Source: a virus
Strand: one strand, 5' to 3'
Virus record (IMG/VR): IMGVR_UViG_3300026488_000001
Location: 1 to 64,000 of that record
DNA length: 64,000 nt
A program made the translations under genes and the position numbers. The notes beneath the pieces are model-generated. The model was not told the DNA's origin and ran no database searches. It saw only the letters and a list, made by a program, of their open reading frames with translations. Shown here one piece after another: positions 1-8,796 of the stretch. The stretch's first letter is position 1. Every line of letters starts with the position of its first letter.

Positions 1-195
1 GATTACCAAATTGTTGAATATATCTCCTAAGCAAAGTAATAAATCAGGTTTTTCAACCTCTACAATCTCTGATAACCAGTACATTGAATTTAAGATACGA
101 TTTAACTCCTTTGTGAAGCGATTCTCTTGCCTGTTCCAAGGAATAAATGACCCTTTTTCCCTAAAATGAATATCGGAATAATAAAGAATTTTCAT
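1..195 (-). CDS. SbcD/Mre11 (T4 gp47-like) metallophosphoesterase nuclease, N-terminal part (runs off window)
   Basis: Manual translation from ATG at 195: MKILYYSDIHFREKG...EKPDLLLCLGDIFNN, with DxH and GDxF motifs; GGAGG RBS. Confidence 0.75.
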   Translation of the reverse strand, partial: MKILYYSDIHFREKGSFIPWNRQENRFTKELNRILNSMYWLSEIVEVEKPDLLLCLGDIFNNLVI

Positions 196-236
196 TATCC
201 CTCCTTTTTGTTGTTTTTACAAGAGATGGAAAAAAT

Positions 237-261
237 AGGGTTGACTAAAAAGCCAACCCTA
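237..261 (-). terminator. Probable intrinsic terminator
   Basis: AGGGTTG/CAACCCT stem followed by a T-run on the minus strand at the end of ORF 245-1066. Confidence 0.45.
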
Positions 262-1066
262 AATCCCTAATCATTTTTCTTCTAATTTTCAACCACTTAT
301 CTCTACCGTCTTTATACTTCCACTTACCTGTTTCAGTTAGTACTTTTGCTAAGAATAAAGGTTCAAACTTTCTATTTTTCCAAGTTCCTTTATTAACTTG
401 CCTTTCCATATATTCCAATACTTCAGGACTTGGATTAAAATATTCTTCAAAAAATACCTTTGTCCCTTCATCTTGGGTTTCAGCCCAAGCCATTATTTTC
501 TCTAATAAATCTCTTGAAACTGCATACATTTCAGGTTCTATAAACTTTACATAAAAAGGATATTTGCTTATATTTGAATATGGAGATATAACACTTTCCA
601 TAAAAGATAATTGTTCTTGAGCTTCCACAACATCTGAAAGTGGAAGCTCTTTCTCTTGTTCTTTTCTAATCAAAGATTTAATATGATTATGAAGACAGGT
701 TTTAATATATTTCCATTTCTGAAATTCCGATAAAATCCTAACTTGTGGAGAGTTAAGAAGTTCCAAACCTTTTAAAAATAACTCTTGATAAAGTTCATCA
801 TAATCTAACTCTTTTGGTTTTCTTTGAAGAAATTTATGAATATGACTCTCAAGAGATACAGCATAGACTTCCTGTGGAGGAATTTCAGAAAGACCATAGA
901 ATCTAAGGATTTTATTGACTTCATCAACATTCTTGCATTTTCTTATGTTATTGATGCATTCATCAGCTATAGAGAACGGGATTGATAGCCATTTTTGGAA
1001 CTTATCTGAAAATATTATTACAATCCTCTGTTTTCCATTTCTAATCCCACGCTTCTGAACTCTCAT
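245..1066 (-). CDS. Hypothetical protein with a sigma-70 region-2-like segment
   Basis: DELYQELFLKGLELL...KYIKTCLHNHIKSLIRK resembles ECF sigma region 2; weak. Confidence 0.4.
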   Translation of the reverse strand: MRVQKRGIRNGKQRIVIIFSDKFQKWLSIPFSIADECINNIRKCKNVDEVNKILRFYGLSEIPPQEVYAVSLESHIHKFLQRKPKELDYDELYQELFLKGLELLNSPQVRILSEFQKWKYIKTCLHNHIKSLIRKEQEKELPLSDVVEAQEQLSFMESVISPYSNISKYPFYVKFIEPEMYAVSRDLLEKIMAWAETQDEGTKVFFEEYFNPSPEVLEYMERQVNKGTWKNRKFEPLFLAKVLTETGKWKYKDGRDKWLKIRRKMIRDLGLAF

Positions 1067-1093
1067 AATCCCTCCTTCTACTTTAACAACTTA

Positions 1094-1399
1094 TTACAAT
1101 AAAGGTTCAGCAACCCAAATATCATAACCAATTTCTTCTATCTCTTCAATTGTATATTCTTTCCCAAACTCTAATCTTCCTTTTGGTTTAATCCAAAGTT
1201 GGATATGATCTGGTTGAGGGTTATAAACAGGTCTTCCTTGTACAGGTTTCAACCCCAAAATTTTCACAGTTTGATGTCCTGTAAAAATACCAACCAACTC
1301 ATTTGTCTTAATAAGACTAATAGCATCTTGTTTTGAAATAATTTTAAACTTAAATTTTCCCTGTACTGGAATAAATGCTGATGTGATTGCTACTTTCAT
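1094..1399 (-). CDS. DUF1874 / AcrIII-1-like ring nuclease (anti-CRISPR type III)
   Basis: 101 aa; N-terminal SAF, GH motif (FTGHQT), conserved Arg (QGRP) and C-terminal RLEFGKEYTIEEIEEIGY match the family pattern. Confidence 0.65.
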   Translation of the reverse strand: MKVAITSAFIPVQGKFKFKIISKQDAISLIKTNELVGIFTGHQTVKILGLKPVQGRPVYNPQPDHIQLWIKPKGRLEFGKEYTIEEIEEIGYDIWVAEPLL

Positions 1400-1460
1400 A
1401 TCTACACCTCCATTTATGAGAATTAAAATTGTTATAGTTCTTGACTTTAAAAAGAACTAC

Positions 1461-2171
1461 TTACTCGTTTTCAGGAATGAAATCTACTTCCGCTGTTGGG
1501 TCAACATACTCAATATTTTCATTTTCAGACTCAAAACTATCATAATCCAATCCATCTCCAACTTCTAAAATAACTTCAACAGGTTGTTCTTCCCATTCAC
1601 CGTCCCACCAAACAAAACAACCTATTGTTTTTCCACAAATACCAACAAGTGGTTCAGGATCACCATTCAAATCCCTTCCACGATGGAAATAGAATATATC
1701 CCAACCATATTCTTTTAGTACTTTGCGAAGAGGAGGAAGAGGATTGATACCAAGTTTATAACAACCAAGAATGTAATTCTCAAGTTCTTCTTTACTTTTA
1801 ATACCAAAATGGTCAAGAAGGAGTTGGATAGGGTTATTCTTGTAATATTTTTCTTTTTGTTCCTCTAATTCTTTAGCTATCATTTCTGTCTTGTCAATAA
1901 GATCTAAAATTTCTTGGAGTTCTTTTTCATCAATATAACCATCTTGATAAGCCTTCTTAACTAACTCCCTTGCTCCATCAGGGGAAATTTCGTAAGGATC
2001 GTTCCACAACGGATGAGACACACATCTACAAGTTCCCATTCCTAAATCAATTGATGAATAACAGTTCAGCTCTTCAACCCAAATTTTACCTTCTTTTGGA
2101 TTGATTAGAAGTTCTTTGTCAACAACTTCCTCTCTATGTTGGTTAGTAACTTTACTAAGAATTACTTTCAT
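1461..2171 (-). CDS. Hypothetical acidic protein, first gene of a host-promoter-driven operon
   Basis: 236-aa ORF with GGAGGTG RBS. Confidence 0.75.
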   Translation of the reverse strand: MKVILSKVTNQHREEVVDKELLINPKEGKIWVEELNCYSSIDLGMGTCRCVSHPLWNDPYEISPDGARELVKKAYQDGYIDEKELQEILDLIDKTEMIAKELEEQKEKYYKNNPIQLLLDHFGIKSKEELENYILGCYKLGINPLPPLRKVLKEYGWDIFYFHRGRDLNGDPEPLVGICGKTIGCFVWWDGEWEEQPVEVILEVGDGLDYDSFESENENIEYVDPTAEVDFIPENE

Positions 2172-2198
2172 TTTTCACCTCCTAATCCGTTTTCTCTA

Positions 2199-2227
2199 AA
2201 TATAACCAGATTAGGAGGAAATGTCAA
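2199..2227 (-). promoter_or_regulatory. Sigma-70-type early promoter with overlapping inverted repeat
   Basis: Minus strand TTGACA-17 nt-TATATT; 10-bp inverted repeat CCTCCTAATC (2178-2187) / GATTAGGAGG (2209-2218). Confidence 0.75.
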
Positions 2228-2236
2228 CCCTTTTTC

Positions 2237-2821
2237 TTAAAATCTACCTTGTTTTCTCCACAATGCTATTAACTTCAATTGTTCCAAGTCTTCCAATCTT
2301 TCAGGTAGGTATCTTCTAACCAATTCTTCAAACCTCTCCATATCAAAATTTTTCCAACCTAATATTACCATTAAATCCTGTTCATCCTTGTCTCTCATAG
2401 TATCTAACTTCATCAAGGCAAGATATTCAGGTTTAACAACCGCTAACTTACTTCCTTCATAGTTAACTATATTAGGATTATTCAATGCTTCTCTCTCGTA
2501 ATTTTTTGATTCTACTTTAATATCAACATCTACTCCATTTACCTGTAGAATAATCCACTCTGCATCTTGAAAGTAGTGTTTATCAATTAATTTTGCTTGT
2601 TTAATGAACTCGTCTAATTCATTCCCTGCTTTTAGAGAAATCAGCAAATCAATGTCAGGTGTTAAAGGTCTTGCATTTCTATCGTATATTCTCAAAGCAA
2701 AACCACCGATTATCAAATAATTCTTAATTGAAAATACTTGAGAAATCAATTTCAAAGTTTCTCTTGCTTTAGATTCATTAGTGAATTCTTTAAGAGCTTC
2801 ATTAATATTTTTAACCAACAT
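2237..2821 (-). CDS. Nucleotidyltransferase (Pol-beta superfamily, DUF6036/AbiEii-like)
   Basis: IIGGFAL...TPDIDLLI (GG and DxD motifs), LALMKL..R.KD..DL. Confidence 0.75.
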   Translation of the reverse strand: MLVKNINEALKEFTNESKARETLKLISQVFSIKNYLIIGGFALRIYDRNARPLTPDIDLLISLKAGNELDEFIKQAKLIDKHYFQDAEWIILQVNGVDVDIKVESKNYEREALNNPNIVNYEGSKLAVVKPEYLALMKLDTMRDKDEQDLMVILGWKNFDMERFEELVRRYLPERLEDLEQLKLIALWRKQGRF

Positions 2822-2868
2822 CTTTAACCTCCTCTATTCTCTTCTTAGCTATTTCACAATATTTCTCA

Positions 2869-3699
2869 TTAATTTCTATTCCTATCAATTTCTATTCCTA
2901 TCCATCTCCTATTTAACTTTTCACAAGCTACTGCTGTAGTTCCACTTCCAAAGAATGGATCAAGAATTATATCTTCAACAAAACTCCCTATTTTAATTAT
3001 TCTAATTACCAGCTCAACCGGAAAAGGTGCAGGATGACCTATTTTCTTAGCTCTTTCTGGTTTAATTTCCCAAATTTGCATCCCAAATTCTTTGAATTCA
3101 CCTGGAGTTAAAGCTGATTTCTTTCTTAGATCATCTGTGATATTTTTTCTTTTTCCAGCCTTTCTAAACCAGAGAATATATTCAACTTCTTGTACTATAG
3201 GAATACAACCAGGGGAACGGAATCGTCCATAACTCCCTAACAACCTATTAGCACCACCACTTGCATGTTTTCCTCTAATCTTTTTCCAAAGTATCATTTC
3301 TTTGTAATCAAAGATTTTATTTAAATTAACTATTAAATAAGCATGAGTAGGTAGAACAATAGATTTTTTAAAAACAGATTTGAGAGAGGTATGAGCATCA
3401 TCTATGTTTATGTAAAGATTTCCTCCTTTAACAAGCACTCTTTCAGTAAGAGTAAAAGTATTTAAAAGCATATTAAGATATTTTTGATAACCTTCTAGAG
3501 TCTTCTCCTTATCTTCATATTCTTTTCCTACAAAATAAGGAGGTGATGTAACAACCAAGTCTACACTCTCTTCAGGAAATTTCTTCATTATTTCTAAACA
3601 ATCTCCACAATAGAGTATTCCATTCTCAGTTTCAAAATATCTGTTTTCTTTAGGAAATATGTCTTTCCAATTTCTCACTTCCATATCTTTACCCTCCAA
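2869..3699 (-). CDS. Beta-class DNA methyltransferase (SPPY, probably N4-C); C-terminus frameshifted by a 16-bp duplication
   Basis: VTSPPY, HPAPFP, DPFFGSGTT; tandem duplication at 2871-2902. Confidence 0.85.
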   Translation of the reverse strand: MEGKDMEVRNWKDIFPKENRYFETENGILYCGDCLEIMKKFPEESVDLVVTSPPYFVGKEYEDKEKTLEGYQKYLNMLLNTFTLTERVLVKGGNLYINIDDAHTSLKSVFKKSIVLPTHAYLIVNLNKIFDYKEMILWKKIRGKHASGGANRLLGSYGRFRSPGCIPIVQEVEYILWFRKAGKRKNITDDLRKKSALTPGEFKEFGMQIWEIKPERAKKIGHPAPFPVELVIRIIKIGSFVEDIILDPFFGSGTTAVACEKLNRRWIGIEIDRNRN

Positions 3700-6377
3700 G
3701 TTTCTTTCTTTGGTGAATATATGAATTGATCAATTGCAGGTTCATCAAAATCTTCTTCATTAATCTTTTCAACCTCAACATTATGACTCATTTCTATTAA
3801 TTGTTTAAACATTAATAAATCTCTTACAAATCCTGTTCCTTCCAATTCAAGACAATCTGGAGTAATCACCTTTCTTTCCCATTCTATTCCTCCAAACCAA
3901 CTTCCATCCCCCATAGTAGCATCTATCCTAATAGGACAAGTTAACCAATCATAAATCCTTATTGGAATAATCTCAGCATTCTTTATTACAAGATTAAAAA
4001 CTGTAATTAATTCTCCAGGATAAACATCTATAACAATAGCATCGTGAACAGTTCCTATAAGAACAGACTTCAGATTTAATTTTTTCATATTCTCCCAAAG
4101 TCTAACTGCACTTGTAGTAGTTAAATCAGAAGCCGATGATTGAACAGGATAGTTAACAGCTTTACGCTTAGCTTCCTCTTTCTTCCACTTATCAGACTCA
4201 AAAGCCATTGGAACTGGAATAACTCTATTGAATGCTGTTACAACAAAACCATTAGCTAAAACAAACCTGTGCTGATTCTCTATCCATTTTCTAAGATTTG
4301 TATACCCTCCATAAAGATTCTCTACCCATTTCTCAGCTTCTTCTAAACTAATATTAAAATCTTCCGCAAGGGATTTAGCTGTTTTACCATAAAGAATTCC
4401 AAATACAACGGTTTTAGCAATCTTCCTTTCTTGTTTAGTAATTTCTTCCATTGGTTTATTAAATATCATAGATGCAGTTCTTTTATGAACATCTATCCCT
4501 TGCTTATAAGCATCTATAAGTTTGGTTTCATTAGCAAGACTTGCAGCAACCCTAACCTCAAGCTGGGAGTAATCAAAACTAACTATAAGCCCACCTTTAT
4601 CCTTCCACCTACTAACAAACATCCTCTTAATGTCAGACTTTGATGCAACAGTATGAAATCCTGATGACCATCTACCCGTTATTGTTCCTGCTATATTAAA
4701 TTCAGGGTGATACATTCCTAACTCGTCTATACTACTTATAAACCCATTTATATAAGTTGACTTCAATTTTTTGAAAAGTTTTATTCTGTAAAACAATTCT
4801 ATAAATCGTTTTTCTTCTGAATCCTCTGGAAGAGAGGAGAGATATGTATTAATGGCATTCTTACCTAAGGAAGGTTGTCCTTTTTGAGTTGTTTCTACCA
4901 CAGGTAATTGATAGACTTTAAATGCTACTTCCTTTTGATGTTTTTGAGAAGAAGGATTAAACCAAGATACTCTTCTTAGTTCTTTCCATTCCTTAATTTT
5001 AGGTAATTCCTGCAACTCTCTTTCAGCTTTTTCTATTTCAGACTGATATTTATAGTCAAGAAAATCTCTAACTTGTTTATCTACCTTAACTCCTTTTATT
5101 TCAGACTCGGCTATCATAATTGTAGCCTTATTAAGAGCTTCCCTAATCTCGTCACAGTTAAATACTTTAACTCTCTCAGAAAGCACTAAATAAATCTCTT
5201 TAGTAAAGAGGACATCAAATCCGGCATACTTGATTAGTAAAGAAGTTGGAATATTTCCATAATGTCTATCTTTCTTTAAACGATACCTTGACTTTAAATA
5301 TTCCTTAACCTCTTCATCCCATCTACCATCTAAACCTAACACCTTAACAGCTATATCTTTAAGTTGTAAAGTTTCTCCAAGTTGAACCTTATTAAATACA
5401 AAATGAGCTAAAAATAATGTGTCGTCTTTTACTTTAACTTTGGATAAATCCAAACCTGTTTTAGTTACCATAAATTTTAAATCAAATTTAATGTTATGCC
5501 CAATGACAGGAATAGTTTCTAATAACTGTTTTGTAAGTTGTAATACCTTTTGCTTAGAAATATTATCTACTACAACATTAAAAATATCATAATTATCTCC
5601 TGGTAAAGGGTCTTTTTGATATAAAGGAACTACATAACCATAAGGGTCATCAGGAAAACTAAAAGTTAGCATTATAATTTCATCCTTGAAAGGATCAAGC
5701 CCATTTGTTTCTATGTCAAAACAAAACCATTCGGGTTTTTCTTCAAGTTTCTTTTGTAAGAAGTTAATAGCTTTTTTAGGTTGTAAAGGTTTAATAAGAT
5801 TTTCCCATTCCATTTGTCTATTATCTATTACCTTACCAAATACAGATATAAATTTTTGCTTCCATTTAGGATTTCTAAGAACAGCAGCAGGATGAAAGTT
5901 AGGTATAACCTTAAATCCATTCCATTCAAGCTCCTTACCTACAAGTTCAGTAATTTTTCCTCGAATACCCAATCCTTTCAAAGCAGTATTACCTAAAGGC
6001 ATTATAACTACATCTTTGCCTTTAAACTTTTCTAGTTCTTCTAATAGGTAAGGTAAACAGCATTCTATTTCCTTATCAGTAGGAGGTCTAACTCCTTTAT
6101 TAGGATTGAATGGGTCTGCATAAGGGCAACACTTAACTACATTAGTAATATAGCAAACTTCTTCAAATTTCTTATTGAAAAGCCTAAATACCTCTTCCAA
6201 TAATTTACCTGATTTACCTACAAAAGGTTTTCCTTCAAAATCTTCTGTTCTTCCAGGGGATTCTCCTATTATTATAATATTAGGATTTTCTAAATTACCT
6301 CTCGGTTTAACAAAATGAGTTTTACATTGTTTATAAAGCTTACAGGTTTCGCATCTGGAGTTCATCTTATCCCTCAC
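3675..6377 (-). CDS. polA: Family A DNA polymerase with N-terminal family-4 uracil-DNA glycosylase and 3'-5' exonuclease domains
   Basis: UDG: CxxC, GESPG, GKPFVGKSG, TNVVKC, HPAAVLR; exo: DIET, HNIKFD, YAGFD; pol: DYSQLE, RKIAKTVVFGILYG, VHDA. Confidence 0.95.
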   Translation of the reverse strand: MRDKMNSRCETCKLYKQCKTHFVKPRGNLENPNIIIIGESPGRTEDFEGKPFVGKSGKLLEEVFRLFNKKFEEVCYITNVVKCCPYADPFNPNKGVRPPTDKEIECCLPYLLEELEKFKGKDVVIMPLGNTALKGLGIRGKITELVGKELEWNGFKVIPNFHPAAVLRNPKWKQKFISVFGKVIDNRQMEWENLIKPLQPKKAINFLQKKLEEKPEWFCFDIETNGLDPFKDEIIMLTFSFPDDPYGYVVPLYQKDPLPGDNYDIFNVVVDNISKQKVLQLTKQLLETIPVIGHNIKFDLKFMVTKTGLDLSKVKVKDDTLFLAHFVFNKVQLGETLQLKDIAVKVLGLDGRWDEEVKEYLKSRYRLKKDRHYGNIPTSLLIKYAGFDVLFTKEIYLVLSERVKVFNCDEIREALNKATIMIAESEIKGVKVDKQVRDFLDYKYQSEIEKAERELQELPKIKEWKELRRVSWFNPSSQKHQKEVAFKVYQLPVVETTQKGQPSLGKNAINTYLSSLPEDSEEKRFIELFYRIKLFKKLKSTYINGFISSIDELGMYHPEFNIAGTITGRWSSGFHTVASKSDIKRMFVSRWKDKGGLIVSFDYSQLEVRVAASLANETKLIDAYKQGIDVHKRTASMIFNKPMEEITKQERKIAKTVVFGILYGKTAKSLAEDFNISLEEAEKWVENLYGGYTNLRKWIENQHRFVLANGFVVTAFNRVIPVPMAFESDKWKKEEAKRKAVNYPVQSSASDLTTTSAVRLWENMKKLNLKSVLIGTVHDAIVIDVYPGELITVFNLVIKNAEIIPIRIYDWLTCPIRIDATMGDGSWFGGIEWERKVITPDCLELEGTGFVRDLLMFKQLIEMSHNVEVEKINEEDFDEPAIDQFIYSPKKETWRVKIWK

Positions 6378-6404
6378 TTTACTTACAATTTATCAGATAG
6401 ATAA

Positions 6405-6707
6405 TTATTGCTTAAAGCAATACCTTCTTGAAACTTCTACTATTTCAACATTTCCAGAAAGTCTTATAAATTTTCCTTCAGCATCTTCAAACTGCCAACC
6501 ATCACTATTTTGCATTGTATTAGGATACTCTGTGTAATACTCAGCCACAACTTTTCCTCCGGAATAAAGTCTTACTCTAAAACAAGTATCACCAAAATCT
6601 CTACTAATATTAGCAAAGTGATTAGAACAAGATTTTGGAACACAAGAACAAGAATAGGGAGTTATCACCCCTATTAACATTAATAATACTAATAAATACT
6701 TTTTCAT
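6405..6707 (-). CDS. Secreted or lipoprotein-like hypothetical protein
   Basis: MKKYLLVLLMLIGVIT signal-like N-terminus followed by Cys residues; start after GAGGTG. Confidence 0.55.
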   Translation of the reverse strand: MKKYLLVLLMLIGVITPYSCSCVPKSCSNHFANISRDFGDTCFRVRLYSGGKVVAEYYTEYPNTMQNSDGWQFEDAEGKFIRLSGNVEIVEVSRRYCFKQ

Positions 6708-6726
6708 TTTACACCTCACCAAAAAT

Positions 6727-6993
6727 TTATTTCACTTCAACTACAAAATTTTTATCGTTACTTCCTTTAACATAAAAAGTCTTTTCATCATACATACCAA
6801 ACTTCCATTTTTCATTTAGAGGTAAATTAATATCTACTTCTTTCAAACCTTCTTTTAGTGAATCAGTAATCCAAACTTCAATATTTGAAAGATACTTTGT
6901 TAAAACCAAAGGATTTCCTGTTATTTGCCTATATCCTATAAGAATAGTCGAAAGTAGTTTTTCAGTTGGAAATACTTGAACATACTTAACCAT
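6727..6993 (-). CDS. Hypothetical protein
   Basis: ORF with GGAGG RBS inside operon. Confidence 0.65.
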   Translation of the reverse strand: MVKYVQVFPTEKLLSTILIGYRQITGNPLVLTKYLSNIEVWITDSLKEGLKEVDINLPLNEKWKFGMYDEKTFYVKGSNDKNFVVEVK

Positions 6994-7009
6994 TATTATC
7001 CTCCTCCAC

Positions 7010-8299
7010 TCACGATTGTATTTCTCCTATATACATAACATCAAGTTTTCTCTTCAAAGGAATTCTTACTCCACTCTTACCTCTTCTGTTGAATCCAAGA
7101 TAAAAGAATCCTTCCTCAGAACCAGTTTTAAAGTTTAATGAACTAATACTCCAACTTCTATGGGCTTTCCTTGCCGAATGTGCAAGGTCATTAGGTTCTA
7201 TTACTTCCCCTTTATCTGGTTTATTCCAAGCATCTCTAACAGGTTGTGAGAAAGTTAAAATTGGAACTTGCCATTTAACAGCTAACTTAATTAAATCTGA
7301 ATAAATATCACCTGAATCCTCATACAAGCTATCTTTACCACCCGTAGTAGGTAATAAGCAATCATCATAATCTACAATAATAAAATCAGGTTTCCATTCT
7401 CTTAAAACCTTTTGTCTCACTAACCAGCTCTGTATATCTAAAACACTTGCAGATTTTTCCGGATAATAAATTACATAAAGATTGTCTTTTAACACTTGAT
7501 TAAAAACTCTTTCTTTTAACATTTCCCATTCATCATTATTCATCTTAAGAATATCTACATAAGTAACATTAGCTATTCTTTGTATATATCTCATTAAAAC
7601 TTCATGGTGAGTTAATTCAAGTGTAATATGTAAAACTTTTTTCTCAAGAAGTATATTTATTGAACCAGTATTAACACCTAAAGCAGATTTTCCAGATTTA
7701 GGTGGTGCTTGAACTACATGAATCTCTCCAGGGGCAAAACCACCATAAAATATATTATCCAACTTGGGAAATCCTGTTGAAACTAAAGTATCAGGTGAAT
7801 ACCTTTTCTTAATTTCTTCTCTAACTTGGTCTAAATCTCCCAAACTAACAGCATTATGACTTGTAGCACCTATCGAAGCTATATATTCAAATTTGTTAAA
7901 TATATAACCCATTTGACCTTCTAATACTAACCTTGGCAATTCAGGAAGTAAAGATTTAATCTCAATTTCTTTCAGAAAATCAATAACTTTTTCTTTAACA
8001 TAAGTTGCATCTACTTTTTCTCTAAAGATTCTTTTAGCTTCTTTAAGAATTTCCTTTTTCTGATCATCTAACCCTAATTGACTAATTGTAGTAGTTATAT
8101 CAGTTAAAACTTTAGCACTATTTAACTCAACATCAGATGTAACTAACTGTATTGACCTAAGAAATAGGTCATAAGGAAACTCAAACATAGAAGGTTCAAG
8201 AAGTGGTAAAAAATCAAGTCTAAAAACAGGATCTTGTGCTATTGCACACAAGACTTGAAATTGAAACTCCTTAGAGTAGAGCTTGGGTTTCTCATTCAT
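7010..8299 (-). CDS. DnaB-like replicative helicase
   Basis: STGFPKLD, Walker A APPKSGKS, ITLEL, IIVDY, FSQ. Confidence 0.9.
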   Translation of the reverse strand: MNEKPKLYSKEFQFQVLCAIAQDPVFRLDFLPLLEPSMFEFPYDLFLRSIQLVTSDVELNSAKVLTDITTTISQLGLDDQKKEILKEAKRIFREKVDATYVKEKVIDFLKEIEIKSLLPELPRLVLEGQMGYIFNKFEYIASIGATSHNAVSLGDLDQVREEIKKRYSPDTLVSTGFPKLDNIFYGGFAPGEIHVVQAPPKSGKSALGVNTGSINILLEKKVLHITLELTHHEVLMRYIQRIANVTYVDILKMNNDEWEMLKERVFNQVLKDNLYVIYYPEKSASVLDIQSWLVRQKVLREWKPDFIIVDYDDCLLPTTGGKDSLYEDSGDIYSDLIKLAVKWQVPILTFSQPVRDAWNKPDKGEVIEPNDLAHSARKAHRSWSISSLNFKTGSEEGFFYLGFNRRGKSGVRIPLKRKLDVMYIGEIQS

Positions 8300-8327
8300 T
8301 CTGAACCTCTTTGTTAGTTGTTATTTA

Positions 8328-8774
8328 TCAAACTTTTAAATCATCTTTTATTTGATCTCTCCAATTGAGAATGCAATTTATATTCTTATCATTTAGACAT
8401 TTTAACAACTTCATCATCTTAGTCTTAACGATGTTAATAACTTCGTTATCACTCCTAACTGGTTCAATTGGATATTCAGATTTCCAGTAAAGAATTTCCT
8501 CTCTAATGTTTTCTTCAATCTTATCTAAATCATACCAATCATACAATTTACCATAAGAGATATTAGAACTACTCCTCTTAAGCTTTCTCAAAATATCTTT
8601 AGCCCAAACTGTAATATCCTTGATGTGTTTTCTCCTATCGTCATCTTTCTCAAAAAGGTACAACTTAACCATATGGCTTAATATCTGATCCCATAAACCT
8701 TGAGTTTGCTTTTTAATCTGATTAGCTTCTTCTAACTGGTCTAATAAATCTAACAACTCTCTTATTAGTTCCAT
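8328..8774 (-). CDS. DUF29-like protein carrying the shared N-terminal leader
   Basis: True start likely 8774 (GGAGGTG RBS; MELIRELLDLLDQLEE); ILSHMVKL and helical DUF29-like pattern. Confidence 0.55.
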   Translation of the reverse strand: MELIRELLDLLDQLEEANQIKKQTQGLWDQILSHMVKLYLFEKDDDRRKHIKDITVWAKDILRKLKRSSSNISYGKLYDWYDLDKIEENIREEILYWKSEYPIEPVRSDNEVINIVKTKMMKLLKCLNDKNINCILNWRDQIKDDLKV

Positions 8775-8796
8775 CTTCACCTCCTTCCAATAGTTA

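Noticed and set aside
3675-6377. Hypermodified-base genome (hmU as in SPO1) suggested by the UDG-PolA fusion
   Set aside because: ThyX and dUTPase indicate normal thymine; no hydroxymethylase or PurZ-like gene seen in the window
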